Of a stretch of DNA of 64,000 bases, positions 32,235 to 49,210 are shown in pieces. The DNA is from the human T2T-CHM13v2.0 reference genome, Homo sapiens. Every line of letters starts with the position of its first letter. Within the stretch, counting starts at the first letter, position 1. Position numbers and translations under genes: made by a program. A model generated the notes under the pieces. The model was given only the letters and a program-made list of their open reading frames with translations, searched no databases and was not told the origin of the DNA. The stretch lies in NCBI RefSeq assembly GCF_009914755.1, contig NC_060925.1; one strand, given 5' to 3'.

Positions 32235-33400
32235 TAGTATTTGCTTTCATTATTTTCTCTATTTTTTATTTCACTCATTTCTGGATTCATCTTTATTATT
32301 TCCTTCTTTCCACTTATTTGGCTTAAGTTGCTCTTCCAGCTTCTTACGGTGGAAGTATAGAGCAATGATTTTAATCCCTTCTTCCCTTCTAATGTAAGCA
32401 TTTATAGCTGTAAATTTACCTCTAGGCACTGCTGTAGCTACATCTCACAAATTTTTATATGTATGTTCATTATCATTCAGTTCAAAGTTTTTTCTAAAGT
32501 TTTCCTCATGATCTGTTTTTTGGCCCATGTGTTGTATTTGGAAGAATGTTACTTAATTCCTAAACACATGCAGTTTTCCAAACATCTTTTTGCTGTTGAT
32601 TTGTAATTTAATTCCATTGTGGATGGAGAACTTTATCTATATGATTTCCATCCTTGGAAATTTATGAAGACTTAATAGCCCAATAATCTGTATTGCTAAA
32701 TGTTTCATATGCATATAAATGTGTATTCTATCTGTTATTGTGTGGAATTGCCATTTAACTCTATAAATGTCAATTAAGTCTAGTTATTGATAGTACTGTT
32801 CAAATTATCTGTATCTTTACTGATTCTACTTGTTCTATTAATTACTGAGAGAGAACTCTGAAAATCTCCATTTGTACTTGTGGATTTGTCTATATCTGCC
32901 TTCAGTTTTGCCAATTTTTGCTTGACAATGAGTGTACACAAATTTGAAGTGTTACCTTCTTGAAAAATTGATTCTCCCGCGATTATGTTTCTTTTATCTT
33001 TGGTAATATGCCTTGTACTCAAGTCTACTTAGTCTGGTATTAATATTGTCATCTAGCTTTTCAATAATAGTTTCATAGTATATAATTTTCCATATTTTTT
33101 AACTGTGGCTTTACTTTTATAGTACATTTCTTTTAGACAGACTATAGTCAGGTCTTGCTTTTTATCCACTACAACAACATCTGCCTCTATATCAAAGTAT
33201 TTAAAGTACTTATATTTCATGTAATTATTATGGTTGGGCTTGAGTCTGCCACACTTCTACTTATTTTCTAATCATCCCATTCTCTGGTGGCTTTTAGTGC
33301 TTATTTTTTATTTTGTTATTATGAGTTAAGTATATGACATGGTGTTTGTTGTTGCATGTTTTAGTAAATCTAAGACATTCTCAACTTTTATTCATTTGAA
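32235..33400 (-). mobile_element. Old L1M (ORF2 5' region)
   Basis: Minus-strand EN-like remnant (GDFQSSLSVINRTSRISKDTDNLNSTIN). Confidence 0.7.
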
Positions 33401-34038
33401 TATTATCTCTCCTACATAATCAATTCTGCTCTTTCAGAGCTCCTACTTGCCATGGAGGTGCATCTCATTCTAGCCTCCATGTCATCTTTTAAATTTTCTA
33501 TACAAATTTGTACAGTGATGATTTACTTTATCTTCTATACCATTTTTTTAAACCTATAGTTTTCCAATTTACCTACCTAGTATAGAGTTTTTTCTTTGAG
33601 GATGTACTTTTAGATTCTTTATAAAATCCAATCTATTCTATTTTTTCACTATTTCTGGCTTATAAGTTCTATTCTCTACAGTTTTACATATTTTAAACAT
33701 ATCTACCTTAAAGTCTCTTTGTTACCAGTTCTCAAGTTGTTAGTTCTATGATTTTGGCATCTGCTGAATGTGATTGTGGCTTCTCCTGTGGTATATAACG
33801 TCTAACAACTGAGTTCATCTTCAGAAAGATTTATTTTCATACCATGCATTATGATGGTATCCTTATAAAGTGTTTCCTGTACATGCATTTGCTGAACTTT
33901 ATGGACTTCATTAGTTCTAGACCAGTTTTAATTTGCATGAATTCAATCTTAATCATTTGACAGAATTTTGTATAAGCAAACACATTTTATTACACTCTAC
34001 AGCACCGTGAAGATATTGCATTTTTAAAAAATTGAAGG

Positions 34039-34340
34039 GGCCGGGCACATTGGCTCACGCCTATAATCCTAGCACTTTGGGAGGCCAAGGCGGACTGACT
34101 GACTGAGCTCAGGAGTTCAAGACCAGCCTGGGCAACACAGTGAAACCCCGTCTCTACTAAAATACAAAAAATTAGCTGAGCATGGCAGCATGTGCCTGTA
34201 GTCCCAGCTACTCGGAAGGCTGAGGCAAGAAAATCACTTGAACGCGCGAGGCACAAGTTGCAGAGAGCCGAGATTGCGCCACTGCACTCCCGCCTGGGCG
34301 ACAGGGCAAGACTCCATCTCAAAAATAAAAAAGAAAGAAA
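34039..34340 (+). mobile_element. AluS in Tigger1
   Basis: Full dimer; TSD approximately aaaaaatt(ga/ag)agg. Confidence 0.92.
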
Positions 34341-35694
34341 AAATTAGAGGTTTATGGCATCCCTGCATCGAGCAAGTCCATCAGAACCATTTTTCCAATA
34401 GTACACGCTAATTGCATGTTTCTGTGTCACATTTTGGTAATTCTTGCAATGTTTCAAACTTTTTCACTATTATTATATATATTATGGTAATCTATGATCT
34501 TTGATGTTACTATTGTAATTGTTTTGAGGCGCCACAAACCATGCCCACAAGACAATGAACTTCATCAATAAATGTTGTATGTGTCCTCACTGCTCTGCTG
34601 ACCTGCCAGTTCCCCATCTCTCTCCTCCTTGGGAGTCCCTATTCTCTCAGACACAATATTGAAACGAGGCCAATTAATAATCCAACAATAGCCTCTAAGT
34701 GTTCAAGTCATGTTTCTCATTTTAAATCAAAAGCTTAAAATGATTAAGCTTAATGAGAAAGAAATGTTGAAAGTTGAGATAAGCTTAAAGCAAGGTTTTT
34801 TTGCACCAAATAGCCACATTGTGAATGCAAAGGAAAAGTTCTTGAGGGAAATTACGTGTTACTCTAGTGAATATACAAATAATAAGAAAGCAGAACAGCC
34901 TTACTACTAATATAGAGAAAGTTTTAGTGGTCTGAATAGAAGATTAAACCAGTCGAAACTTTTGCTTAAGCCAAAACCTAATGCAGAGCAAGGACCAAAC
35001 TTGCTTACATTCTACGACACAGGTGAGGACACGCAGAAGAAAAGTTTGAAGCTTGCAGAGGTTGGCTCAAGAAGTTCAAGGAAGGAAGTCATCTCCATAA
35101 CATGAAAATGCAAGGTGAAGCAGCAAGTGCTGATGTAGAAGCTGTAGTAAGTTTTATTCAGGACCTAGCTAATTGATGAAGATGCTTACACTAAACAGCA
35201 GTAGTAACATTCTATGTGGATAAAACAGCCTTCTATTGGAAGAAAACATCATCACAGCAAAAGAGAAGTCAATGCCTGGCTTCAAAGCTTCAAAGGGCAG
35301 GCTGACTTTCTCATTAGGGGCTAATGCAGATGGTGACTTTCAACTGAAGCCAATGCTTATTGACCATTCTGAAAATCCTAGGTCTCTTCAGAATTATGCT
35401 AAATCTATTCTGCCTGTGCTCTCTAAATGGAACAACAAAGCCTGAATGACAGCACATCTCTTTACCATATGGGTTACTCAATATTTTAACCCAGCTTCTG
35501 GGACCTACTGCTTAGAAAAACAGATTCCTTTCAAACTATTACTATTCATTGACAATGCACTTGGTTACTCAAGAGCTCAGATAGAGATGTACAAAGAGAT
35601 CAAAGTTGTTTTTCTGGCTGCTAACACAACATCGATTCTGTAGCTCATGGGTCAAGGATTATTTTTGAATTTCAAGTCTTGTTATTTAGAAAAA

Positions 35695-36054
<360 letters not shown>

Positions 36055-36478
36055 CTAGATGCCATTCATAATTCATGGGAAGAGGTCAAAATATCAACAT
36101 CAACAAGAGTTTGGGAGAAGTTGATTCTCACCCTTATGGATAATTTTGAGGGATTCAAGACTTCAGCAGAGGAACTGCAGATATGGTGAAGACAGCAAGA
36201 TAACTAGAATTAGAAGTGGAGTGTGAAGATATGCATGAATTGCTGCAATCTTATGATAAAACCTGAATAGATACGAAGTTGCTTCTTATGGATGAGCAAA
36301 AAAAGTGGTTTCTTGAGATGAAAATCTACTCCTGATGTAGATGCTGTGAACACTGTTGAAATGTAAACAAAGGATTTAGACTATGACATAACCTTAACTG
36401 ATAAAGCAGCAGTAGGGTTTGAGAGGATTGACTCCAATTTTGAAAGAAGCTCTAGTTTGTGTAAAATGCTATCAAACA

Positions 36479-36778
36479 GGCTGGGCGCGGTGGCTCATGC
36501 CTATAATCCCAGCACTTTGGGAGGCCGAGGCAGGCAGAACACCTGAGGTCAGGAGTTCGAGACCAGGCTGCCCAACATGGTGAAACCCTATCTCTACTAA
36601 AAATACAAAAAAAAGTAGCTGGGTGTGGTGGTGGGTGCCTGTAATCCCAGCTACTCAGGAGGCTGAGGCAGGAGAATCGCTTGAACCTGGGAGGCGGAGT
36701 TGCAGTGAGCCGAGATTGCGCCACTGCACTCCAGCCTGGGCAACAACAGCGAAACTCCGTCTGGAAAAAAAAAAAAAA
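36479..36778 (+). mobile_element. AluS in Tigger1
   Basis: Full dimer; TSD tgctatcaaaca. Confidence 0.92.
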
Positions 36779-37199
36779 TTGCTATCAAACAGCACTGCAT
36801 GCTACACAGAAACCTCTCATGAAAGAAGGCCAACCAATGCAGCAAATGTAATTGTTGTCTTATTTTAAGAAATTGCTAGAGCCACCCCAACTTTCAGCAA
36901 CCACTATCCTGATCAGTCAGCACCTATCAACGTTGAGGCAAGACCCTTCACCAGCAAAAAGATTAATACTTGCTGAAGGCTCAGGTGATAATTAGCATTT
37001 TTTTTAACAATAAAGTGTTTTAAAATTAAGGTACATGCTTTTCTTTTTAAGACATAATGCTACTGCACACTTAATGGGCTACATAATAGTGTAAATATAA
37101 CTTATATGCACTGGGAAACCAAAAAATTAGTGACTCACTTTATTCAGATATCTACTTTACCGCATTGGTCGGGAACTGAGCCTAAAATAGTTCTCACTT

Positions 37200-37768
37200 T
37201 TTGAGGCTAACGATGCCTTTTTCCCCTATGGCCCTGGGTAAATGGTCACCTTTTTTACTGCTTCCCTGAATCTTCACGAAAATTTTACTAGACATTATTT
37301 GAAATGTACACGCCAGGCTTTTATAGCTCCTTCCTTGTATGACAAGACACCAGCAGGACTTACTTCCCCATCTGGGCAAGACAAACTTAAGAAAATGGCC
37401 AGAACCTGCAGATGGCGCCAAAAGCAACCTCTAGTGACACTCATTGTTCATTAGCATAAGATACTCCGACCAACACCATGATACTTTACAAATGCCACAA
37501 CTCAGAAGTTACCACTCCTTTTCTAGGGATTTCTGAAAAACCTGTGCCTTAATTTGCATGTAATTAAAAGTGGGTGTAAATTATTAACCAACAGCCCACA
37601 AGGGCTCTCGGCACACTGCCTATAGGTTAGCCCTGCTCCGCAAGGTGGCAGTGTGAGTTTAATAAAGTTGCTGTGTTTCACTGCTGACTCATTCTTGAAT
37701 TCTTTTCTGTGCAAAGCCAAGAAACCTCCCAGGCTAAGCAAATCTTGGGTCTCGCATACCCTGCATCA
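37200..37768 (+). mobile_element. ERV1 solo LTR (MER50/MER41 group)
   Basis: cattagcataagatactcc...ccatgatactttacaaatgcca, AATAAA at 37661-37666, and 3' end aagccaagaaacctcccaggctaag...ccctgcatca; the 5' boundary is uncertain. Confidence 0.75.
37638..37653 (+). promoter_or_regulatory. CTCF-like motif within the LTR
   Basis: CCGCAAGGTGGCAGTG fits CCGCnnGGnGGCAG; motif match only. Confidence 0.45.
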
Positions 37769-37878
37769 TTGCTAGAGAACAGAGGTCTTATATCTCATCT
37801 CCAGGCATAAGACCAGTCTTCAGCCCCTAGTATCTACATCCAGTTGAGAGGGCCAGTTGCTGAAAGCAACTGTAGAAA

Positions 37879-37929
37879 TGATGCAGGGTATGTGAGACCC
37901 AAAATTTGGGGCTTAGTCTGGGAGGTTCT
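37879..37929 (-). mobile_element. 51-bp inverted copy of the LTR 3' terminus
   Basis: tgatgcagggtatgtgagacccaaaatttggggcttagtctgggaggtt closely matches the reverse complement of 37724-37768. Confidence 0.85.
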
Positions 37930-38225
37930 GATAAAACCATTGCAATGACACTGATTTCCCTTTTTGGTTCTAGTACCTGACAATTGTCTATTTTTGCTTT
38001 CTAGCTTGACCATATTTAGTATTTTTGTTGTTAATACTTTATTCTACTGGCTGATTTTATTTAGTATTAAAGAGGGTCTTCAGTCTACCAGACCATTTGA
38101 AAGTCTATTGTTTATTATTTTCTTCATTCTGTCTTAAAACTAATTTCTTAAACATAAAAATAAAACCATCCCATACCCTGGTATACCCTCCATCAACACT
38201 TCATAATTTTAATATTTGCTATATG

Positions 38226-38522
38226 TTTTTAATTTATTGTTTTGAGACAGAGTCTCACTCTGTCACCTAGCCTAGAGTATAGTAGTGTGATCACAGCTCA
38301 CTATAATACTGAACTCCTAAACTCAAGTGATCCTCCCACCTCAGCTCCCAAGTAGCTAGGACTACAGGCGAGCACCACCAAACCCAGCTAATTTCTTTAC
38401 TTTTCGTAGAAATGGAGTCTCACTATTACCTAGGCTGGTCTTGAGGTACTGGTCTCATACAATCCACCTGCCTCAGTCTCCCAATGCACAAGGATTACTG
38501 GCATTAGCCACCATGCACAGCC
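38226..38522 (-). mobile_element. AluJ
   Basis: Diverged full dimer. Confidence 0.88.
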
Positions 38523-38580
38523 AACTGCCCTATATATTTCAAACCCACTTTCTAAAAAAGTCAGAAATGTTTATAGATGA

Positions 38581-38866
<286 letters not shown>

Positions 38867-39109
38867 ATTTCTTTTCCTTCTTCCCTTCCCAGAAGTGTGA
38901 GAAAGTTATACCACCATGTTTTTTATATTTTTACATTATATATGAATTCATATTAAAGAATACTGAATTTTTTTGTTTTTCAAAGTATTCTATAAATCAT
39001 ACCAATCTGAATCTATTGTTTTGTTACAAAAGTAATGGTTTCCAGCTGTCCCTATACTCATTTATTTCTTATTTATTTCATTTTATTTATTTTCAGACTG
39101 TAGATTTTG

Positions 39110-39730
<621 letters not shown>

Positions 39731-40189
39731 CTCTAGTTTTGATAAAACCAGTCATTCAAATCCTCCTTTAACTATCACTACCATCCTTTTCCTCAAAAAG
39801 ACAACTGGTTTAATTTCGTATGTGTGTTTTTGTGTTTTAACAAATAAGAATGCTCCAACTATTGCCCTGAAGCAGCTCACTGTCTAAGAGGACAAAAGCA
39901 TGTAAACAATACTATAGTAGGATATGTGCTATAATAGTATGTAAAATGTGTAAAACGACTAAAAAGAGACAGTAAATGACCTACAGAAAATAAAGGTATG
40001 CATTCCAGAGGACACAGTACTTGAGCAGGCTTCGTGCTTCTCAAGATGAAATGGAGTACGTCAGGCAAATAAAAGGTGGAGAACATTCCATACAGAGAAA
40101 ACATTATGGCCAAAGACACAGATGTATGAAATTAAGGTACGTTCTGGAAAGTAAAAGTAGGTCAAATCAAGAATACCTAGTACCCAGAT

Positions 40190-41370
<1,181 letters not shown>

Positions 41371-41648
41371 ATCATATATTATGTATTAAAAATACATGTA
41401 AATATACATTAGGGTTAGAGCTACCTACACCTAACCCTAATATAGGTATAAATATGTGATGTTTATAATAAATATTTATATTACATATGTAATATATGTA
41501 TGTTCCACTAGTTACATTATTCCTTTTTTATACCAACATGTAACAGTTCTTTGTTTTCTAAGTACCCTCCTGGCCAGGAAGAAATGCTTCCTCATTCTAA
41601 TTAGTGTTTTCTCCCTTCAGTTTACTGCTGACTAACAGAAACGGCTGT

Positions 41649-42092
41649 TGTGAAAGTTAATTATATAAATTCTTGTGATACCCAACTAAATCAGAGACAA
41701 GGAGCCAGAGGGAAAAAGCTCTCAGAGCACATAGTACTTGCTGCAAGAATTATTTTCCACAAGCCCAGTTGCTGAAATGGCCTTCTATAACCCTAAGAAC
41801 ATTTTCACCTAGCAGCTGCTGAAACAACCTGTTGTTGCTCTAAGACTGGTTTTACCTACCACTATCACTTGCCAATCTGAGCTTGCCAGCTCACAAAAGC
41901 TTCTGTAGTACCAATTAGCTTTCCTTCAAAACAATATATAACATTTCTCTTTTTAATAAAACTAACCTTCTCTTTGTTCTTCAGACATACAAAAGACCAC
42001 CCAGTCTGTGTATGCCCCAAACTGCAATTCTTGCTTCCCAAAATATAACATTAAATTTAGAAATTTGTCTCCATATTTTACTGACTTCAACA
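41649..42092 (+). mobile_element. ERV1 solo LTR (MER72-like)
   Basis: TG...CA ends with 4-bp TSD ctgt (41645-41648, 42093-42096); ccaat boxes; subfamily from memory. Confidence 0.75.
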
Positions 42093-42458
42093 CTGTGCCC
42101 TTTGAAACAAAATGAACTTAGTAAGCATGAAAGTTGTTTTTGATGAGTTACAGTGTTGTCCACTGGTAGTCAAAGCTATCTATTTTCCTAAGCAGTCCTC
42201 AGAGAACTAAATTCAGCTATTACTCAAAAGCCAAAGAAACCAGTAAGAGGCTAGGATTCTAGTCAGGTAACTCACAACCTTTTGAAACAGACACAGAAAC
42301 ATCTGCTGTGGGTGGTTTCTTCTCATTTCACCCTAAGACCTAGAGCTAAGATATAAAAGTTATCAAAATACAGCAAGGAATATTCAAGTAACAGAATTCT
42401 GAAATTAAGGAATTGAGGCCACAGAAAACACTCAAAATCAATTTGGTATCCTCACCAT

Positions 42459-43155
<697 letters not shown>

Positions 43156-43536
43156 TTAATGTAATTCATCTATGACTGGTTACCTCAATTCATTAGAAAC
43201 CAAATGGAATTTGGTAACTGTTCTCTGGTGGGAGGGTGAATACAAAGATGACCATATATTCCCTATACTCAGAAATTCACAACCTAGTATATGTACAAAC
43301 AATTAGCTTTATGAACCAGAATGAAAATAATTGCTATAATATATGTTAAAAACTGTATCTGATGAAAGAGAAAATAAAAAATTAATTCCAATTAGGTAGA
43401 TGGGAAAGATTCAGGGGCAGAAAACATTTAAGCTAGATCATGAAAGAGAACTAGGATTTCAACAACTGAAAACGGGAAAATACATCAGATTTACAAATGT
43501 AATTGTCTTTTGAGGCTAGGTAGGTACCTCAAATTT

Positions 43537-43720
43537 GTGGTTCTCAAAGTGTTGTTCCTAGACCAGCAGCATCAGCATCACCTGAGAACATGTTTGAAAT
43601 GTAAATTCTCAGGCCTGACCCCATACTCCTAAATCACAATCTCGGGTTGGGGTCCAGTAATCTGTGTTTTAACAATTCCTCCAGATGATTCTGATGCAAG
43701 CTAAAGTTTAAGAACCACTG
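43537..43720 (+). mobile_element. MER5A
   Basis: gtggttctcaaagtg...cagcagcatcagcatcacctg...tttaagaaccactg. Confidence 0.88.
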
Positions 43721-44226
43721 CCTTAATTGGCTAAGGCAGTCAGAAGAAGTAGGATGATAAGATGTGGAAGGGACTATGGGAATCTGCCTAAGAGAACTCC
43801 AATTCAAATTTCTAGAAACACTGAACCAACAACAACAACAAAAAGCATAAGTCTTGACAAAGTAGAGAAAAACACATATCATTTCATCTTCTCTATTATT
43901 TATGCTAAAGCAAACACAAGATAGCCTGGGTTAAAACTTCTATTTTGGCCAGGACACAATTTCCAATCCACTGACTCCTTTCTAGCCTGCTAATATTAAG
44001 GAATGTTACTGGTTTCTATCCAGTAGTGTCTAAGGAGCATGCTTTCATGAAGAATTAAATTGATGTCAAGCAATAAACAGACCAGCCAAGGAGCTGATAT
44101 TCATGTCTTGATTAAGAAATAAGATTTCTGTTAATTAAAAAAAGGGAAAAAGGGCTATCACAAAAGAAGTGGGGGTAGAGTGAGAGGAAAGGATTTTGTA
44201 AGAGTATCATGCTCCAAAATATAAAG

Positions 44227-44606
44227 TATTAGGAACTGCATGTTTATGCCCCTCCTCAATTCATGTTAGAGCCCTAACTCCCAATGTGGCTGGCCGTATT
44301 CGGAGTAAGGAAATAATTAAGGTTAAATGAGGTCACAAGGACGGGGCACTGATCCAACAGGATTACTATCCTTATAGATAGAAATACTAGAGAACTCGTA
44401 CACTATCTCCACATGTACACACCAAGGAAAGTCATATGAGGACACAGTGAGAAGGCAGCCATCTGCAAGCCAGGAGGAGCCTTCGCTAGAAATGATATCA
44501 TGTGAAACATTGATCGTGGACTTCTAGCCTCCAGAACTGTGAGAAAATTTGTTTCTGTTGTTTAAGGCACCCAGTGTACGATATTGTTACGGCCACCTGA
44601 GTAAAA
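44227..44606 (+). mobile_element. MaLR LTR (MLT1A/MSTD-like)
   Basis: aattaaggttaaatgaggtca...gaaggcagccatctgcaagccagg...ctagcctccagaactgtgagaaaa. Confidence 0.82.
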
Positions 44607-44805
44607 TGTGGCATAACAAGAGCAATTAATGTAGGGCAGAACAAAAAGAGAATAAGTTTGACTTACAATATTATAAATTTCATGAGTTGTTCAGTCGTAG
44701 AGTTACCATCATAGAAAGGAAAAAAACTAAACTCTAGCACACCATTTGGCTCTGCAATTTCAATGGTACTTGTTGGTTTTCAGCTTTGGAATCACCTTCT
44801 GGACC

Positions 44806-45170
44806 AGTGGTTCTCAATGCTTGCTATATAAAAGAATTACCTGGATATATATATATTTTAAATGTCAACATCACTAGCTTACAAACTCAGAGATTCTGAT
44901 TGTAATTAGTCTGAGTGGGGTTCAAACATTAGTACTGTTTAAAAAGCTCCCCAGGTGATTCTAATGAGTGTAGCTAGTATGAGAATCACTGTTCTAGACA
45001 AATACAAGAATTATTTTGCTAAAACTTAAAAGTGAAAGAAAAATAAAAAATCCTAGGCCCCATTCCCAGAGACTCTTTTTTGGTTAGTTTTTGATGAGGC
45101 CCAAGAATCTGTATTTTAGAAAATTCACTAGGTGGTTGTGATGTAGGTGGCCCCCTTATACAATCTACTG
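44806..45170. mobile_element. MER5-family elements (one complete, one fragment)
   Basis: cagtggttctcaa...ccccaggtgattctaat...gagaatcactg; second partial copy at about 45050-45170. Confidence 0.7.
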
Positions 45171-46175
45171 AACTTCTCTGGCACAGAAATATTTTTGGTA
45201 TTGTTCTTGTGCACATGCTGTTTCCTCAGTCTGGAAGGCTACTTTCAAAGTTGTCCTCCTGGTGAACTCATCCTGAAAGACCGAAAACTTAAGTACTGTC
45301 TCAACTTGAGTTTCATGGTAACTGATTATTTACATGACTGAATTAATTATTCCAAAAATCTACCTATCACACTCCCTCACACTACCAAAAGAAGGAACAT
45401 CCAGTCTACAATGAAGTCTTCCACATATTATGATACAGAGGATACTGGGGATTTGAGTAAATACTTCCATACATGTCAGTAAGTTGAAAGTATCAATCGG
45501 GAAGACCCTTGGCAACACCTGCAGGTATTTTTGCAGAGCTGATGTTGTTTTCCATATAGCAAAAAAAACAAGCTTATCACTGTTATCTCTCCCATTACAT
45601 GAGTGGTTTCTAAAACACTTGAATCTTATTTCATCTACCACAGAGGATTATATTAAATGCCTATATATAATTTTAATGTTGAACTAAGAAATTCTTTAAT
45701 AGCTGCAGAAAAAGTGCATTTATGAGAAGGCAACATTAATATGTGCATTGAAAACATATACAGGTAAAGCATAAATTTTTCAGCTGGAAACCCTGAAAAT
45801 TGTAAGATTTTTGCTCTTCAGTTGATGTATTTGGAGATTATGTATTTTAATGGTGACTTCACACAAAAGGCATTGTTTCAATACCCATGAAAATAACAAT
45901 GCTTTAAAAAACAGTAAGCATCTAAAATGTCGTCATTACTCTAAACAAAGATTATTGCACCAAAATACAAAATACATAAAATATATAATACACATAAAAA
46001 CACATAGTTGAAAAGAAACCAAGTTCCATATTACTTAAGCCTAAGCCCTAAATTAAGCCCCAAAAGAAAACACCTTGGAAGAAAAAACTCTGGCTAACAA
46101 AACAAGAATGGTAAATGTACATTGTAAGAAGATCTAAAATGAAAGATAAGTTGCTGCATTAAATATACATATGTA

Positions 46176-46463
46176 GGCCAGGCACAGTGGCTCACACCTG
46201 TAATCCCAGCACTTTGGGAGGCCAAGGCGGGTGGATTACTTGAGGTCAGGAGTTTGAGATCAGCCTGGCCAACATGGTAAAACCCTGTCTCCACTAAAAA
46301 TACAAAAATTAAAAAATTAGCCAGGCATGGTGACACATGCCTGTAATCCCAGCTACTCAGGAGGCTGAGGCAGAAGAATGGCTTGAGCCCGAGAGGCAGA
46401 GGTTGTGGTCAGCCAAGATCACCTCACTGCAGTCCAGCCTGGACAACAGAGCAAGACTCTGTC

Positions 46464-46515
<52 letters not shown>

Positions 46516-46516
46516 A
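46176..46516 (+). mobile_element. AluS with (TAAA)n tail
   Basis: Full dimer; tetranucleotide tail at 46466-46516, followed by (TATG)n. Confidence 0.92.
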
Positions 46517-46571
46517 TGTGTATGTATGTATGTATGTGTAAACACACACAAACTAAAAATACTAGGTTAAT

Positions 46572-46869
46572 GGCTGGGTGCGGTGGCTCACACCTGTAAT
46601 CCCAGCACTGTGGGAGGCCAACGTGGGCAGATCACCTGAGGTCAGGAGTTCAAGACCAGCGTGGCCAACATGGTGAAACCCCATCTCTACTAAAAATACA
46701 AAAATTAGCTGGGCATGGTGGCAGGCACCTGTAATCCCAGACACTCGGGAGGCTGAGGCAGGAGAATCACTTGAACACGGGAGGCGGGTTGTAGTAAGCC
46801 GAGATTGCGCCACTGCACTCTAGCCTAGGCAACAGAGTGAGACTCTTGTCTCCAAAAAAAAAAAAAAAA
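46572..46869 (+). mobile_element. AluSx-like
   Basis: Full dimer; TSD actaggttaat. Confidence 0.92.
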
Positions 46870-47676
46870 ACTAGGTTAATGCATTGATTTTGAAATGCAG
46901 CTTAGAGATCTAAAATCAGGACTCATAAATGCCCACCAGATTTGATAACCAGGAGGTCACTGTTTGCCCCACCTGGAAACCCCTATTTACGCACCTAGGA
47001 TGCAATTCAAATGCCTAAGTGTCCAAAACAACACTGGGCAACTAACAGATGTATGGGACAATCTGACCATCAAAAATAAAAATGTCTGAAATAAAAAGAA
47101 AAATAAATAAAAATGCCTATACTGAATTATAATACACTGAATAAATAAAAATCCATGTTGATTCTTTTAAAAATGGATTTTTATTTGCAAAATGCTAAAG
47201 TATCACCCCCAGATTACTTGCTAATTTGCCAGTTACCACCTAAACTAAATGACCAAACTAAGTATCACAAATACTAAGACAACGTCAGGTTATAAGCCTT
47301 CTGGTATACGATATAAAGTTGACAGTATCACTCATGAAGCAAAGTCTTCCACCAATGTCTTATCAAGCCTCTAGACTTAAAGGAAGAAGACAAGTCAAAT
47401 GACACCATGAAGAAACAACTGAACAACTCTAAAATGCACATTTCACAAGACTATCCTGGACCCCTCACAAGTTAATGTTATTCCCTCCCCTCCTTCCACA
47501 AAGAGTTAGGAGACCTCTTCCACACTAAAAGAGACTAAAGATACAACCATCAAATGTAATATACAACTGTAAATTAGATACTGACAGGAAAAGCTGTAAA
47601 AAAAATTTTTTCAGCATAACTAGGAAATTTTCAGTGTTGCCTGGATTTTAGAAGATATTATGGAATTATTAATTTA

Positions 47677-48012
<336 letters not shown>

Positions 48013-48100
48013 CTACAAGTTACTTTCAAACAACAAAGCAACAAACTTGTATGTATACATAGAAATAAAACACATGACATGTTAAAAATTCTTAAATATA

Positions 48101-48484
<384 letters not shown>

Positions 48485-49155
48485 TCATGATTAATAACTT
48501 TTTTAATGTGTTGTTGAATTTTGTTTGCTAGTATTTTGTTGAGGATTTCTGTATCAGTATTAGTTGGGGATACTGAACTGTAGTTTTTTTTGGTTTGTTT
48601 TTTGTTTTGATGTGTTTTTTTCTGATTTTGGCATCAGGGTAATACTGGCCTTGTAGAATGAGTTTGTAAGTATTCCTTCCTCTATTTTTCATATTAGGTT
48701 GAGTAAAATTGGTATTCGTTCTTCTTTATGTATATAGTAGAATTTAGCAGTTGAGACCATTGAGTCCCAGGCTTTTCTTTGCTGGCAGATTTTTCGTTAC
48801 ACCTTCGATCATGTTGCTGCTCGTTATTGGTCTCTTCAGGTTTTAGATTTCTTTATGGTTGAATCTTGGAAGGTTTTATTTGTCTAGAAAATTACTTCCT
48901 TTAGATTTGTCAATTTATTGGCATATAGTTGCTCTGAGTAGTCACTAATGAACCTTTGAATTTCCACAGTATCAGACATAACGTGTCGTTTTTCATCTCT
49001 GATTTTATTTATTTGGGTCTTCTGTCTTTTCTTAGTCTGGCTAAAGATTTGTCAATATTGTTTATCTTTTCAAAAAAACCAACTTTGCCTTTCATTGATC
49101 TTGTGTATGTTGAAGTCTCTAGCTATTATTGTATTAAGGTTTCCCATTCTCTCCG

Positions 49156-49166
49156 TGTCTCTTTCT

Positions 49167-49198
<32 letters not shown>

Positions 49199-49210
49199 CT
49201 CTCTCTCTCT
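49156..49210. repeat. Compound (CT)n(CA)n(CT)n microsatellite
   Basis: Directly visible. Confidence 0.9.
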
